Shown here: positions 13,411 through 25,358 of the stretch, piece after piece | Layout: each line of letters starts with the position of its first letter | Numbering within the stretch: the first letter of the stretch is position 1 | Origin: Octopus bimaculoides | Taxonomy: Eukaryota | Direction of reading: 5' to 3' | Length of the DNA: 58,880 nucleotides | Assembly (NCBI RefSeq): GCF_001194135.2 | Contig: NC_068990.1 | Coordinates: 34,214,524 to 34,273,403 of the forward strand | The notes under the pieces: model-generated | The model's input: only the letters and a program-made list of their open reading frames with translations | The model's database searches: none | What the model was told of the DNA's origin: nothing | Made by a program: the position numbers and the translations under genes

Positions 13411-13739
13411 TACACATATATATAGACATATACACACATACATATACACACATATATACTCATGTACACACAGATATATATACTCATGTGCACACATGTA
13501 TTCTATATACATATAGAGATATGTGTATACATACATATCTATTATTCTTTCCTTCTTTCTATCATCCCCTTCACACTTCGTTCTTCCGTTCCCCCTCTCT
13601 CATATTTCCTGGTCTTATCTTCACGCTCACCTTCCCTCCTCTTTCACTTCTCTCTGTCCTTTTTATTTTTTTCTCACCCCGCTCCTTCATGGTTCTATCC
13701 CTCTGCCTCTACCTCTCACGCTTCTCTCCCCAAGTGACC

Positions 13740-14230
13740 AGTGTTTGGCCAAGCCAGACCTATGTTTCTTTGTTCGACTACCATCCGGGCAACATCTATA
13801 TTCCTCCCTGTGCCAGTCAACTCTTATGTCCCTGCCATGAGGCATTACTCCCACACACGCCAGCTTAATTTAGTTTGTCCTTAGTCGAAAGACACCCGTT
13901 CTAAATGTCCTGGAATTTGTATTTGTGTATCATTTCTTCATTTTGTCCGTCCTGGTTTTTTATACATTCACTGCTCTCTTCCAAGGAATCTAATGCTCTT
14001 AGATTAGTTTTTCCTTTGGGCTGGCCAGAATGGAGCAATCTCGAGTATATCCAGTTGAAACTGCAAAGATAAACTGAAACTCGACTGAGGAAGGAAAACT
14101 CCGAATGACCTGTCATTGTCTTTTTTGTATTGTCTGTCTGGGAGATTTGATGTCCCTTTTTTGTATCACCTAACTGTCGAGAGGATTTGCGTTGTAGTCC
14201 CATTTTTGTATTTTTTATATAAAAAAAATA
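13740..14230 (+). mobile_element. Unclassified repeat carrying a hammerhead-like core (possible Penelope-like element terminal repeat)
   Basis: CTGAGGA-A-GGA(AAAC)TCC-GAA at 14085-14105. Family assignment is inferred only from this motif. Confidence 0.35.
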
Positions 14231-14565
14231 TACAAGCGTACATACACTTTGCTCCCTTACATATACATATATGCATACACATACATATATATACATACAC
14301 ATATATACATGTATACGCACATTAGAACATATATATATATATGTACATACAAATACAAAAATATATACGTATATATGCATATATATGTACATATGTATAT
14401 ATACAAATATATCAATATGTGTATATATACATTTTTGTATATATATACACATATGTATGTATACACATATATTTACACGTATGTATGTATATATAAATAC
14501 ATGTGTATATATAAATACATATATATACATATAAATATAAAAATATATACGTATATATACATATA

Positions 14566-14635
<70 letters not shown>

Positions 14636-14863
14636 TATACATATATATATATATATACATACACACACACACATATATATATACATACATATAAATACAT
14701 ATATATACATATCTATCTACATATATATATCAATATACACAAACACATATATATACACACAAACACATACATACACACACATATATATACATATATACAC
14801 ACATATACACATTTACATGTATACATATATATATGTATAAGTATATATATATATATATATATA
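14210..14863. repeat. Large compound (TA)n/(CA)n microsatellite block; similar blocks at 8600-8980, 12280-13230, 18850-19660, 53750-54150, 55100-55570, 58740-58880
   Basis: Directly read; source of most IY/CV/TH-rich ORFs in the track. Confidence 0.95.
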
Positions 14864-14963
14864 NNNNNNNNNNNNNNNNNNNNNNNNNNNNNNNNNNNNN
14901 NNNNNNNNNNNNNNNNNNNNNNNNNNNNNNNNNNNNNNNNNNNNNNNNNNNNNNNNNNNNNNN

Positions 14964-15100
14964 AGCCTAGTACTTATTCTATTGGTGTCTTTTGCCGAAC
15001 TGCTAAGTTACGGGGATGTAAACACACGAGCATTGGTTGTCAAGCAATGTTGGGTGGGGGTGGGGGGACAAACACAGACACACAAACATATACACATACA
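14964..15100 (-). mobile_element. SINE family A 3' portion, reverse orientation
   Basis: agcctagtacttattctattgg...gctaagttacggggatgtaaacac...ggttgtcaagc. Confidence 0.85.
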
Positions 15101-15539
15101 CATATACGAGTGCACAGTTGAACCACAAATATTGATTTCAAACCGAAATATTGCATGACAGTGTTGTTTTTAAGCACTTCCTTGCCAATCTCCACTTACC
15201 TCTTATGTGGTGCTGTTGATTGCACCCACAGGCTTAATTTATCACATAGATGTAGTTCCTATATCTATGTGATCGTTCAGCATGGTAGTGGCAGCGCCAA
15301 CAGCCGCAAAGGAGAGTATATCCACTGAGAACTTTTTGGTGCATTCAAAAATTTCATACACCCCACCCACTTTTCCATGACAAAGTTAGGGTTTGGAATC
15401 TTCCAAACAGACACATGCTATGTTACGTAGTCGAATTAGCCCTTCATTTACTCCACAAATGTTTTGTCATCAATGCTACATTTCCCCGTATCACATTTCA
15501 ACTTAACTGTATCATATATGTAAGCCATGACATTTAAAT

Positions 15540-15568
15540 CCAGAGCAACACTGGGCATGTCTGCTAGT
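15540..15568 (+). mobile_element. Helitron-like 3' terminus
   Basis: Short hairpin CCAG-agcaaca-CTGG, ~9-nt spacer, then CTAG (15564-15567) followed by T; 5' end not identified. Confidence 0.4.
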
Positions 15569-15970
15569 AATAAATAAAAATAAATAGAGCAATAGAAGCA
15601 ATATTAATACCAAAAGATAAAATATATTCACCACTTAAAAGTGGATGCTGCATTAGAACAAACAAATGCTGCAATATTTAACAAGAGAGAAAATTCACAT
15701 ATGGTTATTGGTGCATAAAAGCACATCATAACTACCGCCAGCAGCAGACAAGCACCTCTACTTCTGCTGCATGAACAACCAGTTCTTGTGATTTCAGCCT
15801 TATTTTGCATTGTCATTGATAGACACCAAGCAGCTGAAAATAGCAGCAACTTCCACACTAGCTATGCATTTCTATGTATATATATATGTGTGTGTATGCA
15901 TTTATATGTATATATGTGTGTATGTATGCATTTATATGCATATATATATATATGTATGCATATGTGTATA

Positions 15971-16008
<38 letters not shown>

Positions 16009-16419
16009 CAAAATAAGCAACACGGATTTTAAAGATGGTTGCAGTACGCACGTTTCATGCTACTCCATTTATTTAAGTAATGCGAGCATTACATTAAATG
16101 CAATATGTAGAGCAATCTTCAGCTGCACGAAAATACATATTGCATTTAATGTAATGCTCGCATTACTTANNNNNNNNNNNNNNNNNNNNNNNNNNNNNNN
16201 NNNNNNNNNNNNNNNNNNNNNNNNNNNNNNNNNNNNNNNNNNNNNNNNNNNNNNNNNNNNNNNNNNNNNNNNNNNNNNNNNNNNNNNNNNNNNNNNNNNN
16301 NNNNNNNNNNNNNNNNNNNNNNNNNNNNNNNNNNNNNNNNNNNNNNNNNAATGTGTCTGGCAATCACTTTTCTATATAGAGCAATGTTTGCTTGTAAATA
16401 ACTCTTGAAACATGCTTTT

Positions 16420-17195
16420 AGTCATCCATGCCCTCTAATTTGTATACCAAATGAGAGATAAGTTAAAGCTTGCATTATGTTTTAAATTCCTTAGATTTTT
16501 GGTGTTATCCATGAGGAAACATTATTTTTCGAAGTTTTAAATCTCAGTGTCGATTTTCCTTTGCAAGTAATAAACATTCTAATTAACATGAACTTCCAGA
16601 AACATGCCGTTTCATCAACAATGTATTGTTGTTGTGTTTTGTAGCCCGCTTAATCATTTTTTTGCAGTTGCCCAAGGTAATTAATTGCAGTCTTGGTATC
16701 AGCACTCACAGCTTCACCAGGTATATTTATGTTGTGCAGATTCAAGAATTTCTTAAATCTTCCAAACCAACTTTTGCCTAGTCTGAAAAAGACTTTCCGA
16801 TAGATGTTTCACATTCCGTTTCCTGCAAATTATCATGCACACTTTTGGCATGTTTTTAATTACCACCATGCTTATCAACACATAATGTTTAATCTGATCC
16901 TGAATTCTACTCCCAAGAGCTGTTCCAGTTTAAGCTCAACATTAGATTTATGACAAAAACTAGATCTGAGCTATTAACTGAATAACTTCTTGAGCACTTG
17001 ACATTATTTTCTTATTATTGTTCTCAGTGTAGATATTACAAGCATTAATATTTTTGGATGTGTCTTTTATTTCTCATGCATCAAGCCATTTTAAAACATC
17101 AGGTTTAATATCCATTGTTATCCTTTTATTATTGCTTTTTGCACTACTACCTTCAGTTCCACTTGAAGTCTTTCCAGACATCTTGAATTGCAGGT
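16420..17195 (-). mobile_element. Decayed pogo/Tigger-like transposase
   Basis: Minus-strand frames give KRITMDIKPDVLKWL (HTH-psq-like), KSWFGRFKKFLNLHNINIPGEAVSAD, and QQYIVDETACFWKFM (FNVDETGLFWK-like first D). Confidence 0.85.
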
Positions 17196-18218
17196 AAATC
17201 TAACTGCACCAGTGATAAAACAATTACTTACAACAAATATCAAGTCAAAAAAGCAAAGCATCACCAGAAAAGAACTGTTTTGTGTGAGCAAATATTTATT
17301 GTCTAATTCCTATAGATGTAACAATGAAAATCGGAAGATGAAATGGTGAAAGAATGAGATGGGTGGGGCGGGGTATACTGTATGATTACAGGTGGTTGAT
17401 GGGTTATCAGGTTCATGGGCTCTTTGCCTCTTTCACATTTGAGTTAAGCCTTGAAATTTGAATCTCTGTTCACTCACCCACTCGCATAAACATTTCCATA
17501 CACATGGAAACAATCCATTATATTGATATACAATATATGTAGCTACAGACATTACTATCATGCTAATACTATTATCGTTGTTTCAAGTAGGTTATTCACA
17601 GTCTGGGTTGGAAGTGTTGATGGTATTAGTTGTATTCCTTTTGTTGTTAGTGATGATAGTGATGGTGAGGTTTTAAAGGTAATATTCTTGTTATTCTGTT
17701 ATTGTTGCTGTTTACTCTTAAGTCAATTCTCATTGGCCTACAATAAAAGATATTTCACTTAATTTTTGGAAAACCCTAGCCTACCACATTATCTCATGGC
17801 ATAGTTTTTTTCTATTATTTTTTATGGCGTTTCTTGTCTTCTCCATACAAGTGTTGCTACTGTTAGTAATCAAGGTGTTTTGGGGATGGTAATGGCATTG
17901 GTTGTATTGGTTTTTGTGTTGATGGTCTTAGTCCTAGGACATGTATAATGTGTGTATTGTGATTGTAGTTCTTCAAATTGTGAAAATATCTTGATATCAG
18001 CTAAAATGTAAGGAGCAACATTTTGGCTATGAACAAAGTATAGTGTTTGAATTGTTAAAATTTAAGTAGGTCTTGATGTGGGTGAAATTACAAACCTTAT
18101 CTCAAAATTTGTAGCCATACTTTACAATTTCCCTAAGGTTGCTATATGAGAGTGGGAGGGGCTCTATACGTATAAATGTGATAAATATTCAGGTATTATA
18201 TATAAATGTGTGTGCATG

Positions 18219-18285
<67 letters not shown>

Positions 18286-18843
18286 TGTGCATATGCGTAT
18301 TTCCCTCTCAGATTCACACACTTATTGCAGTGGTCCTTCAGTTTTTCTAAGACCTGTAAAAGAACTTGGAAGTTTGGGCCTCCAACCAGGCCTTTTGCAA
18401 TACCCTTAAATCTAGGAAATTTTCAGCACCCCTTCATATATATAGCAGAAAGTGCCAAAGAGTCCCAAAATGTGGAAGGTCTGCAATGGTTGCAATGTAA
18501 ATGAGTGCTGTCTATGAGAAGGTAGAGGAGAAATCTATAGTGTTTATATGACATAGTTTGGTAGGTGGATCATTGCAGCTAAAGTCCTTGAAAATGTTAG
18601 AAAACAAAAGGTGTGCAGATAGGTCTTTACAGCTGTTTCAAGAGTTGTTGCATAATTGTCAGCAAGTTACTTATGCCAAAATTCTGTTGTAGTTAATTCT
18701 GGTTTTGAATCACAGTGGAGAAGTAAACATGCTGAAGTGAGGCATATTTAGAGACAAGTCATTGAGTTTCAGGAATCTGAACCTTGACTGATTAATCAAT
18801 AAGAATGACACCAATACTTTTTTGACATATATGTAGTTGTAAC

Positions 18844-18883
<40 letters not shown>

Positions 18884-19221
18884 ATTGTGTGTGTGTGTGT
18901 ATATATAGTTTATATATGTATATATATAGTTTGTGTGTGTGTATATATATATACAGTTTATGTATATATATATATATATATATATTGTATGTATATATAG
19001 TATATATATTGTGCGTATATATATTGTGTTTATATATTATATATATATATATTATACATATTGTGTGTATATATATTATATATATGCATATATATTATAC
19101 ATATTGTGTATATATATACATTATATGTTTATATATATTGTGTATATTATATATATACATATATATATTATATATACATATTGTATATATATGTATATAT
19201 ATATATATATANNNNNNNNNN

Positions 19222-19278
<57 letters not shown>

Positions 19279-19407
19279 ATATATTTGAGTAGATATATAC
19301 ATACACAATTTATGTGTATATATTATATATATTGTGTGTATTTATATTTATATATACAGTGTATATATACATTGTGTATATATATATGTATATATACAGA
19401 AAAAGTG

Positions 19408-19442
<35 letters not shown>

Positions 19443-20512
19443 ATATGTATGTATACACACACACAAACACATACATACCTTTTCCTATTATGTATATTTT
19501 TATGCATGTACATAAGCATATGTCCGTCTGCAAATTTATGTTTATAGATTTGAATGTGTGTGTGTGTGTTCGTGTGTGTGAATATGTATACCTCTATGTT
19601 TACATGTATGGAGATATCTGTATGTATATACAAACTTATATACAGAATTATATACACACGTCTACACACACCCTTTTTTGTTACCCTAGTTGTCGTACGT
19701 GTAGAACAGAAAACGTGTTTTCATGTATTCCGTAGACATAATTATTCCACATTCTTATTGCCTTCTAATATCTCCGTTTTCGTGCTCAATATACGTGTAC
19801 CAGTGATATATTCGATACTTGTTTGATAATAGCGGTGAAATAATAATATTTCTGCCCTGATGAAGAACTGTATCTGTAATATACTGAGTCGATATAAGTG
19901 ATGTACCAGTAACATAATGTGTTGTTATAAAGATATGCCAGGAACAATCAATAACATATTGGATTTATAGAGATGTACCAGTAATAACGAGTAATTTATT
20001 GCGTTGTTGTAGAGATGCACCGGTAATATACAATAGTTGGTGTAGAGATGTACCAGTTTTATATCGAATTGCTGTAGAGATATAATATACCAGTGATACG
20101 TTTGGTTGGTTTTGGTGTTGAGTAATATATAATGAGCTTCGCTGACTGCGCTTCCAGGCACAAAAACCACCGGGCCAAATCTTTCGGTCCTTTTCACTCC
20201 GAGTTCAAAGTGAACAGAGCGCGACTTTGATTTTTCCATTCTTGTGTGGAGAAAAGTATTAAATAGGTACCAGTCATGCACTGTGAGTCGATCTCATCTA
20301 GTGTTCTCTCCACCCCCTCCTATCCCCGACACCAGATGATTATATCACTGGTGCTTCTTGTCACATTTGTGGGAAATTGTATAATAAAAGTTCTTAACTC
20401 CGAAGCCCCTCCTTCTTTATCTTTTCCTCTCTCCGCTTTAATTTGAGGATGGATTTTCGGTTTTGATTTTTATTCGTTGGGCTTAGTTAGTTTAGTTGTC
20501 TGTGCACTACTA

Positions 20513-20551
20513 ATGGAATTGTCATTACTATATGATTATTATGAAAGTCAG
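20513..20551 (+). CDS. Candidate coding end of an alternative first exon of the ELAV gene (MELSLLYDYYESQ)
   Basis: ATG at 20513 runs 13 codons without a stop into a consensus donor CAG|GTGAGT (20551/20552). Phase 0 matches the acceptor at 26294, whose 21-nt leader (ITKGDTI) is open and in frame with ATG 26315. Confidence 0.5.
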
Positions 20552-20765
20552 GTGAGTGTATAGGATGAGAGTGGCGATGTGATGGCGGTGGAGGTGGTCG
20601 TCTTCATTATTATACAGGATAGATGCTGCAATAGCAGTCAGCCGCTCACTTTTTCAAAAGTGAAAAAGAAGCTAGTCTTGGATAGAAAGCGGCGGGAGAC
20701 GCTTTACTGAGACGCCGGCTCTTCTTCTCTCTCTATCTCTGTCTTTGTGTGTGTGTGTGTGTGTC

Positions 20766-20806
<41 letters not shown>

Positions 20807-21527
20807 TATTTATTCATTCTTTCTCTTTATACCGTTTCCTTCCTTTCTTTATGTGACACACGCCACTTCTTANNNNNNNNNNNNNNNNNNNNNNNNNNNN
20901 NNNNNNNNNNNNNNNNNNNNNNNNNNNNNNNNNNNNNNNNNNNNNNNNNNNNNNNNNNNNNNNNNNNNNNNNNNNNNNNNNNNNNNNNNNNNNNNNNNNN
21001 NNNNNNNNNNNNNNNNNNNNNNNNNNNNNNNNNNNNNNNNNNNNNNNNNNNNNNNNNNNNNNNNNNNNNNNNNNNNNNNNNNNNNNNNNNNNNNNNNNNN
21101 NNNNNNNNNNNNNNNNNNNNNNNNNNNNNNNNNNNNNNNNNNNNNNNNNNNNNNNNNNNNNNNNNNNNNNNNNNNNNNNNNNNNNNNNNNNNNNNNNNNN
21201 NNNNNNNNNNNNNNNNNNNNNNNNNNNNNNNNNNNNNNNNNNNNNNNNNNNNTACAACGCCATTTTCTTTGTACTCAGCAAAATATAATCAATAGTTTGC
21301 ACCACACACACAAAATATTTTGTATACGGAAACGCTAACGTCTCTTCCACGAGTTCATATTTTCGGACGTTACTCGTTACATTCTGGAATCCTTAAAAAC
21401 CAGTAAGTTCAGGGTTTGTTTATTTGATTTTTTTTCTTTCTTTCTTTTTTCCTCTTGTCTTCAACTCGCGCATCAGAACGCGCGCGCGCACACATAGGTG
21501 TGTATATTTCAACATGGGTGTATGTGC

Positions 21528-21568
<41 letters not shown>

Positions 21569-21835
21569 ATGGGTGTATGTGTGTGCATATGTTAACATCG
21601 ATGTTTGTGTGTATTAATGCGTGAGTGTGTGTGTGTTTTAATATATATGTATATATATACACTTCATGTGTATGTATATATAAATATGTTATACATACAT
21701 ACATACATACACATATATAAACATTTTCTTGCTGGTGCGAGATTTTTCATTTTAATTTTCTCTCTCTTCTAATTTGAGTTGTTCTATGTTTACAAACGTT
21801 TTTTCTTTGTTTTTTCTTTTTCTTTTTTTTTGTAG

Positions 21836-22023
21836 GATAAAAATATTTGATTTCCATATTTGCCAAAACTAGCTTGGATTTTATTGTTTGTCTGAGCGAT
21901 CATGTTGTGGATTTCGTCACAGATTCCTTAGAAACACACACACATACACACACACTAACACACGCTCTCACATTATACATGTGTGTGTGTGTATTCACTA
22001 AGATTAGGCACGCGGATCTTTGA
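21836..22023 (+). other. Candidate 5'UTR exon
   Basis: ~35-nt T-rich tract ending tgtAG at 21834-21835; GA|GTAAGT donor at 22023/22024. Contains CA repeats, so less certain. Confidence 0.3.
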
Positions 22024-23680
22024 GTAAGTTGAAGTCATTATACGGGATACAGAATATTTCATAGCACAATACCAAATAGTCAAGAGTTGTCCGTATGTAG
22101 TTAGTACACATTCTTTTCCAATTCACTAATATACCGTATTTCATGACGGACTTACCTAAACTGTTGTTTATATGACTACATCACACACAGACACACACAC
22201 AAACTTATACATATATCTATATGTACGCACACACATAAATGCATATGCATGTATATACGCATAGAAACACACACATGCACTCGCTCGCGCGCGCGATTTT
22301 GCCTTGTAGGAATTATATCCTGTGGGGGTGGTGGTGGCTACGGTGATGTCGGGCACGGTCGAAACTTTGACGTAATTATCATCCGTAAAACGCTATACTG
22401 AATGTTCTCTCGGTCTCTCTTACAATGAGTTAAGCTACTCGAACCGCTTCATTGATTTTCCCCCCCCTTCATACACCACATAAAAGCTATTCATTTCAGA
22501 CAATAGTACGGACACCAGTTTTATTCACCTGCTGAAACGAGTCCCCCCCCCCTCCACTCTCCTTTTTTTTTTACCTATTTGTAAATAAACCTTGCTTTTA
22601 AAGCTCCTCTTTCTCCGACCCTTTTGTATTTGCCTGTGTGTCTGCTATATCTTCTACTTCTATTACATCTCTGTTTTCTTGTGTTGGGAACCTCACCTCC
22701 TGTGATGTCTGTTGCTATGGTTATGTATTCTTAATTGCCAATCAAAAAGGAAACCGATTTTCTAAACATCTCACCTATTTAGTAAGTTGCGCATTACTTG
22801 TGATGTGAACCAAGTTCCGTTGATAGTTTCACTGTAAGAAAGCTAACGAATATATTAAATGGACAACGGAACTGTTAATGTCTGCTATTTGTTTTCACTG
22901 TGCTTTTCATTAATTCTTTCTTTAGTTCCGATGCCATCTCTGCTATGCGATGTAAACATGTCAGTTCATTTTCCACACTTGAAACTTATATTGCTAGAAG
23001 CGGGTCGATTTCTATGGTTGTTGGTTTCAAAATGTGATAATGGATAATAAATATATGGCATTGCATCTGACGGGACGGTTCCTGCTCCAAAAAAAAAAAG
23101 CTGAACTGGAGGCTATAATCGTGTTACATATTCAGTTCGATCTTGGTCCAGTTCGTAACTAATTGATTCATCAGGTTGTCGCTTGGACAACCTGCTCACA
23201 TGCTCAAACATTTGTGAACCACGCGCTTTTACACAATGGTGTGCCTACCTAGCTTTGGTCAGTTTCATTATAAAAGTGAAAATTGTTCAACTCAGTCCAC
23301 TACTTCAATCAGCCATTCACTTTAGTTTTATCTGAAGATGTTTCCTCATTCATTTCACCATTCTTCCCCGCCTGACTAATTTTATTTATTGAAAGTAATT
23401 AAGCCAATGCCGTGTAGATATTGTATTGGTTTGGTTTCCAGTTGTTTAGCAGTAAATTGTCTGCTTTCCAGCTTGACCAATATAACCAGTAGACCTGCAT
23501 TATTACTTACTGTCTGCTTACATCTGTGACCGTTTTTAACCATGCTACTCCTCTGCGTTTGCCGTTCGCATCACTTACTGCTGCTAGATCTGTGATCTGT
23601 CTCTTGTTTTTTTTTTTTTTTTTAAATATATACATTTATATTTCTATTTTTCCCTATTTTGTTTTTCTTTTCACTTTTAG

Positions 23681-23824
23681 AATTAACTAGTGTCTATAAC
23701 TTGGCTAGAACTATTGACTCCTACGGCTGGGCACTATCATATTTTTGGTGTCGGCCACTTTTAACTACTGCATTTAAATCTGAGACCGGTTTCTTGTTAC
23801 AACCAACATACACAGCCGAACTAG
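23681..23824 (+). other. Candidate non-coding (5'UTR) internal exon, 144 nt
   Basis: Strong polypyrimidine tract 23641-23680 ending cacttttAG; donor TAG|GTAGGT at 23824/23825; no ATG inside. Confidence 0.45.
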
Positions 23825-23915
23825 GTAGGTAGGTTTATTTTATAATTTATTGCTTTTTTTAATTATTTTATTTTAGTTATTTAGAACAATAATTTTAACA
23901 TTTTCTTATTTTAAA

Positions 23916-23952
<37 letters not shown>

Positions 23953-24796
23953 TTGTTTTCTACATTCGTTAATGAAGTAATTACCATGGAATGTTAAATC
24001 ACCGTTAGAAATAAAGCCTTATTGCTTCTCTGGTGCAGATCTCGTCAACTGCCTGGATCACAGGTGGTAACAGCCTTCAGCCCTAACAAACCAACTCCGA
24101 CCTATCCTCATTATGCCAACCGGATCAATATCGTCACGACAAAACGCGCCCTCCCCCCATTTTCTATCCTACATCTTAAATCTAACTTCATTTTTCTTTC
24201 CGGTCAGTTTCATCATCACCATCATATTTATTGTTTTTTTTTGTTGTAATTTGTTTTAATGTCGCAACTTGACAGCTTTTTCACTATTACACTTTGTAAT
24301 CTAATCTATATCTTCAGTAGATACTAGCTCTAAGCTATGAGTGCTGATAAGGGGAAGTATTCTAGATGGAGAAATCTTTCCATTTTGGCCTGGCATTTAG
24401 TAATGATTCCTAAGAATTAGACACTTTTTTCAAGTCACAGCGTCAATTGGTTTTAGAAATAACCACATCGAGAAGATTTCGTGGTGCTTTTAATACATCT
24501 CCCAGTCGATCCCGGTCTGTTTTTTTCTTTTTCTCACAGTTCCATTTTAGCACCTTTTTTCAAAAACCTACTAGTTAATACATTCTATTGATTCCTTTAT
24601 TTACACAATAAAAGATAAAAAACAAGAACAAAATCGACTATCTCTATTCTAACTTGCTTGGTGTTTCCTAGAACATTTATTGTTAAATGTCATTTGGTAA
24701 GGGCTAATTCTAACCCCTTATAAATAACTTTTACTATATATATATATAGTGGCTATATATTTAGTGGCTAGACTGGCAATATGACCATCCCCAAGT

Positions 24797-24844
<48 letters not shown>

Positions 24845-25332
24845 AATTTCTTTAAAACATGATTATATTTATTCTTACATTAAATAAGTGCTAGACTGTT
24901 TGGGTACCTGTCTGATAGGCTGCCTCCTTACTTCGGTTTATCCTCCCAATTTCTCATTAGGTGAGGAAGCCAGCATTCGCTGCCTGCTCATATTCTTCTG
25001 AAATCTGCCAAGCATGTCTGCATATATTTTGTTAGTTGGGCGATGCTAACAGTCGGTGATACAGCAGAAGTGCGCTTCACTAGTAGAAAGATGTGTGAGT
25101 AGTACTAGTAGTTGCAGTGTGTATCTTCTTGACTGCACCTCCACTGTGGCCTTCATCTTCTCTCAGCAGCAGCGGCACCGTAAGATTCAGTGACCAGAAA
25201 CCCGTCTTGTATATAATAAACCGTTGCAGTAGTAGTAGTTGTTGCAGAGATAGCAGCATTAACTGCCGCCGCTCCTTGTTACTGCTACTACTTCGATTAC
25301 TGCTACTACAACTAGTAGTTGCATTATAATTG

Positions 25333-25358
25333 GTAGTAGTAGTAGTAGTAGTAGTAGT
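25333..25358 (+). repeat. (GTA)8 trinucleotide repeat within a GTA/CTA/CTG-rich stretch (25080-25630)
   Basis: Directly read from the sequence. Confidence 0.9.

Noticed and set aside
13901-14710. IY/CV/TH-rich ORFs here and throughout
   Set aside because: Translations of (TA)n, (TG)n and (CA)n microsatellites.
17361-17373. GGGTGGGGCGGGG possible G-quadruplex (also 15052-15067)
   Set aside because: Only three G-tracts in close proximity.
18423-18431. TTCAGCACC, the left half of an RE1/NRSE site
   Set aside because: The right half (GGACAG...) is missing, and it sits in a dispersed repeat also seen at ~12720-12860.
19857-19895. CTGATGA hammerhead-like box (also at 33026)
   Set aside because: No GAAA box after a plausible stem II in either case.
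19898-20095. Repeat-spacer appearance resembling a CRISPR array
   Set aside because: Eukaryotic context, repeats short and degenerate, spacers only ~16-26 bp, no cas genes; kept only as a motif cluster.
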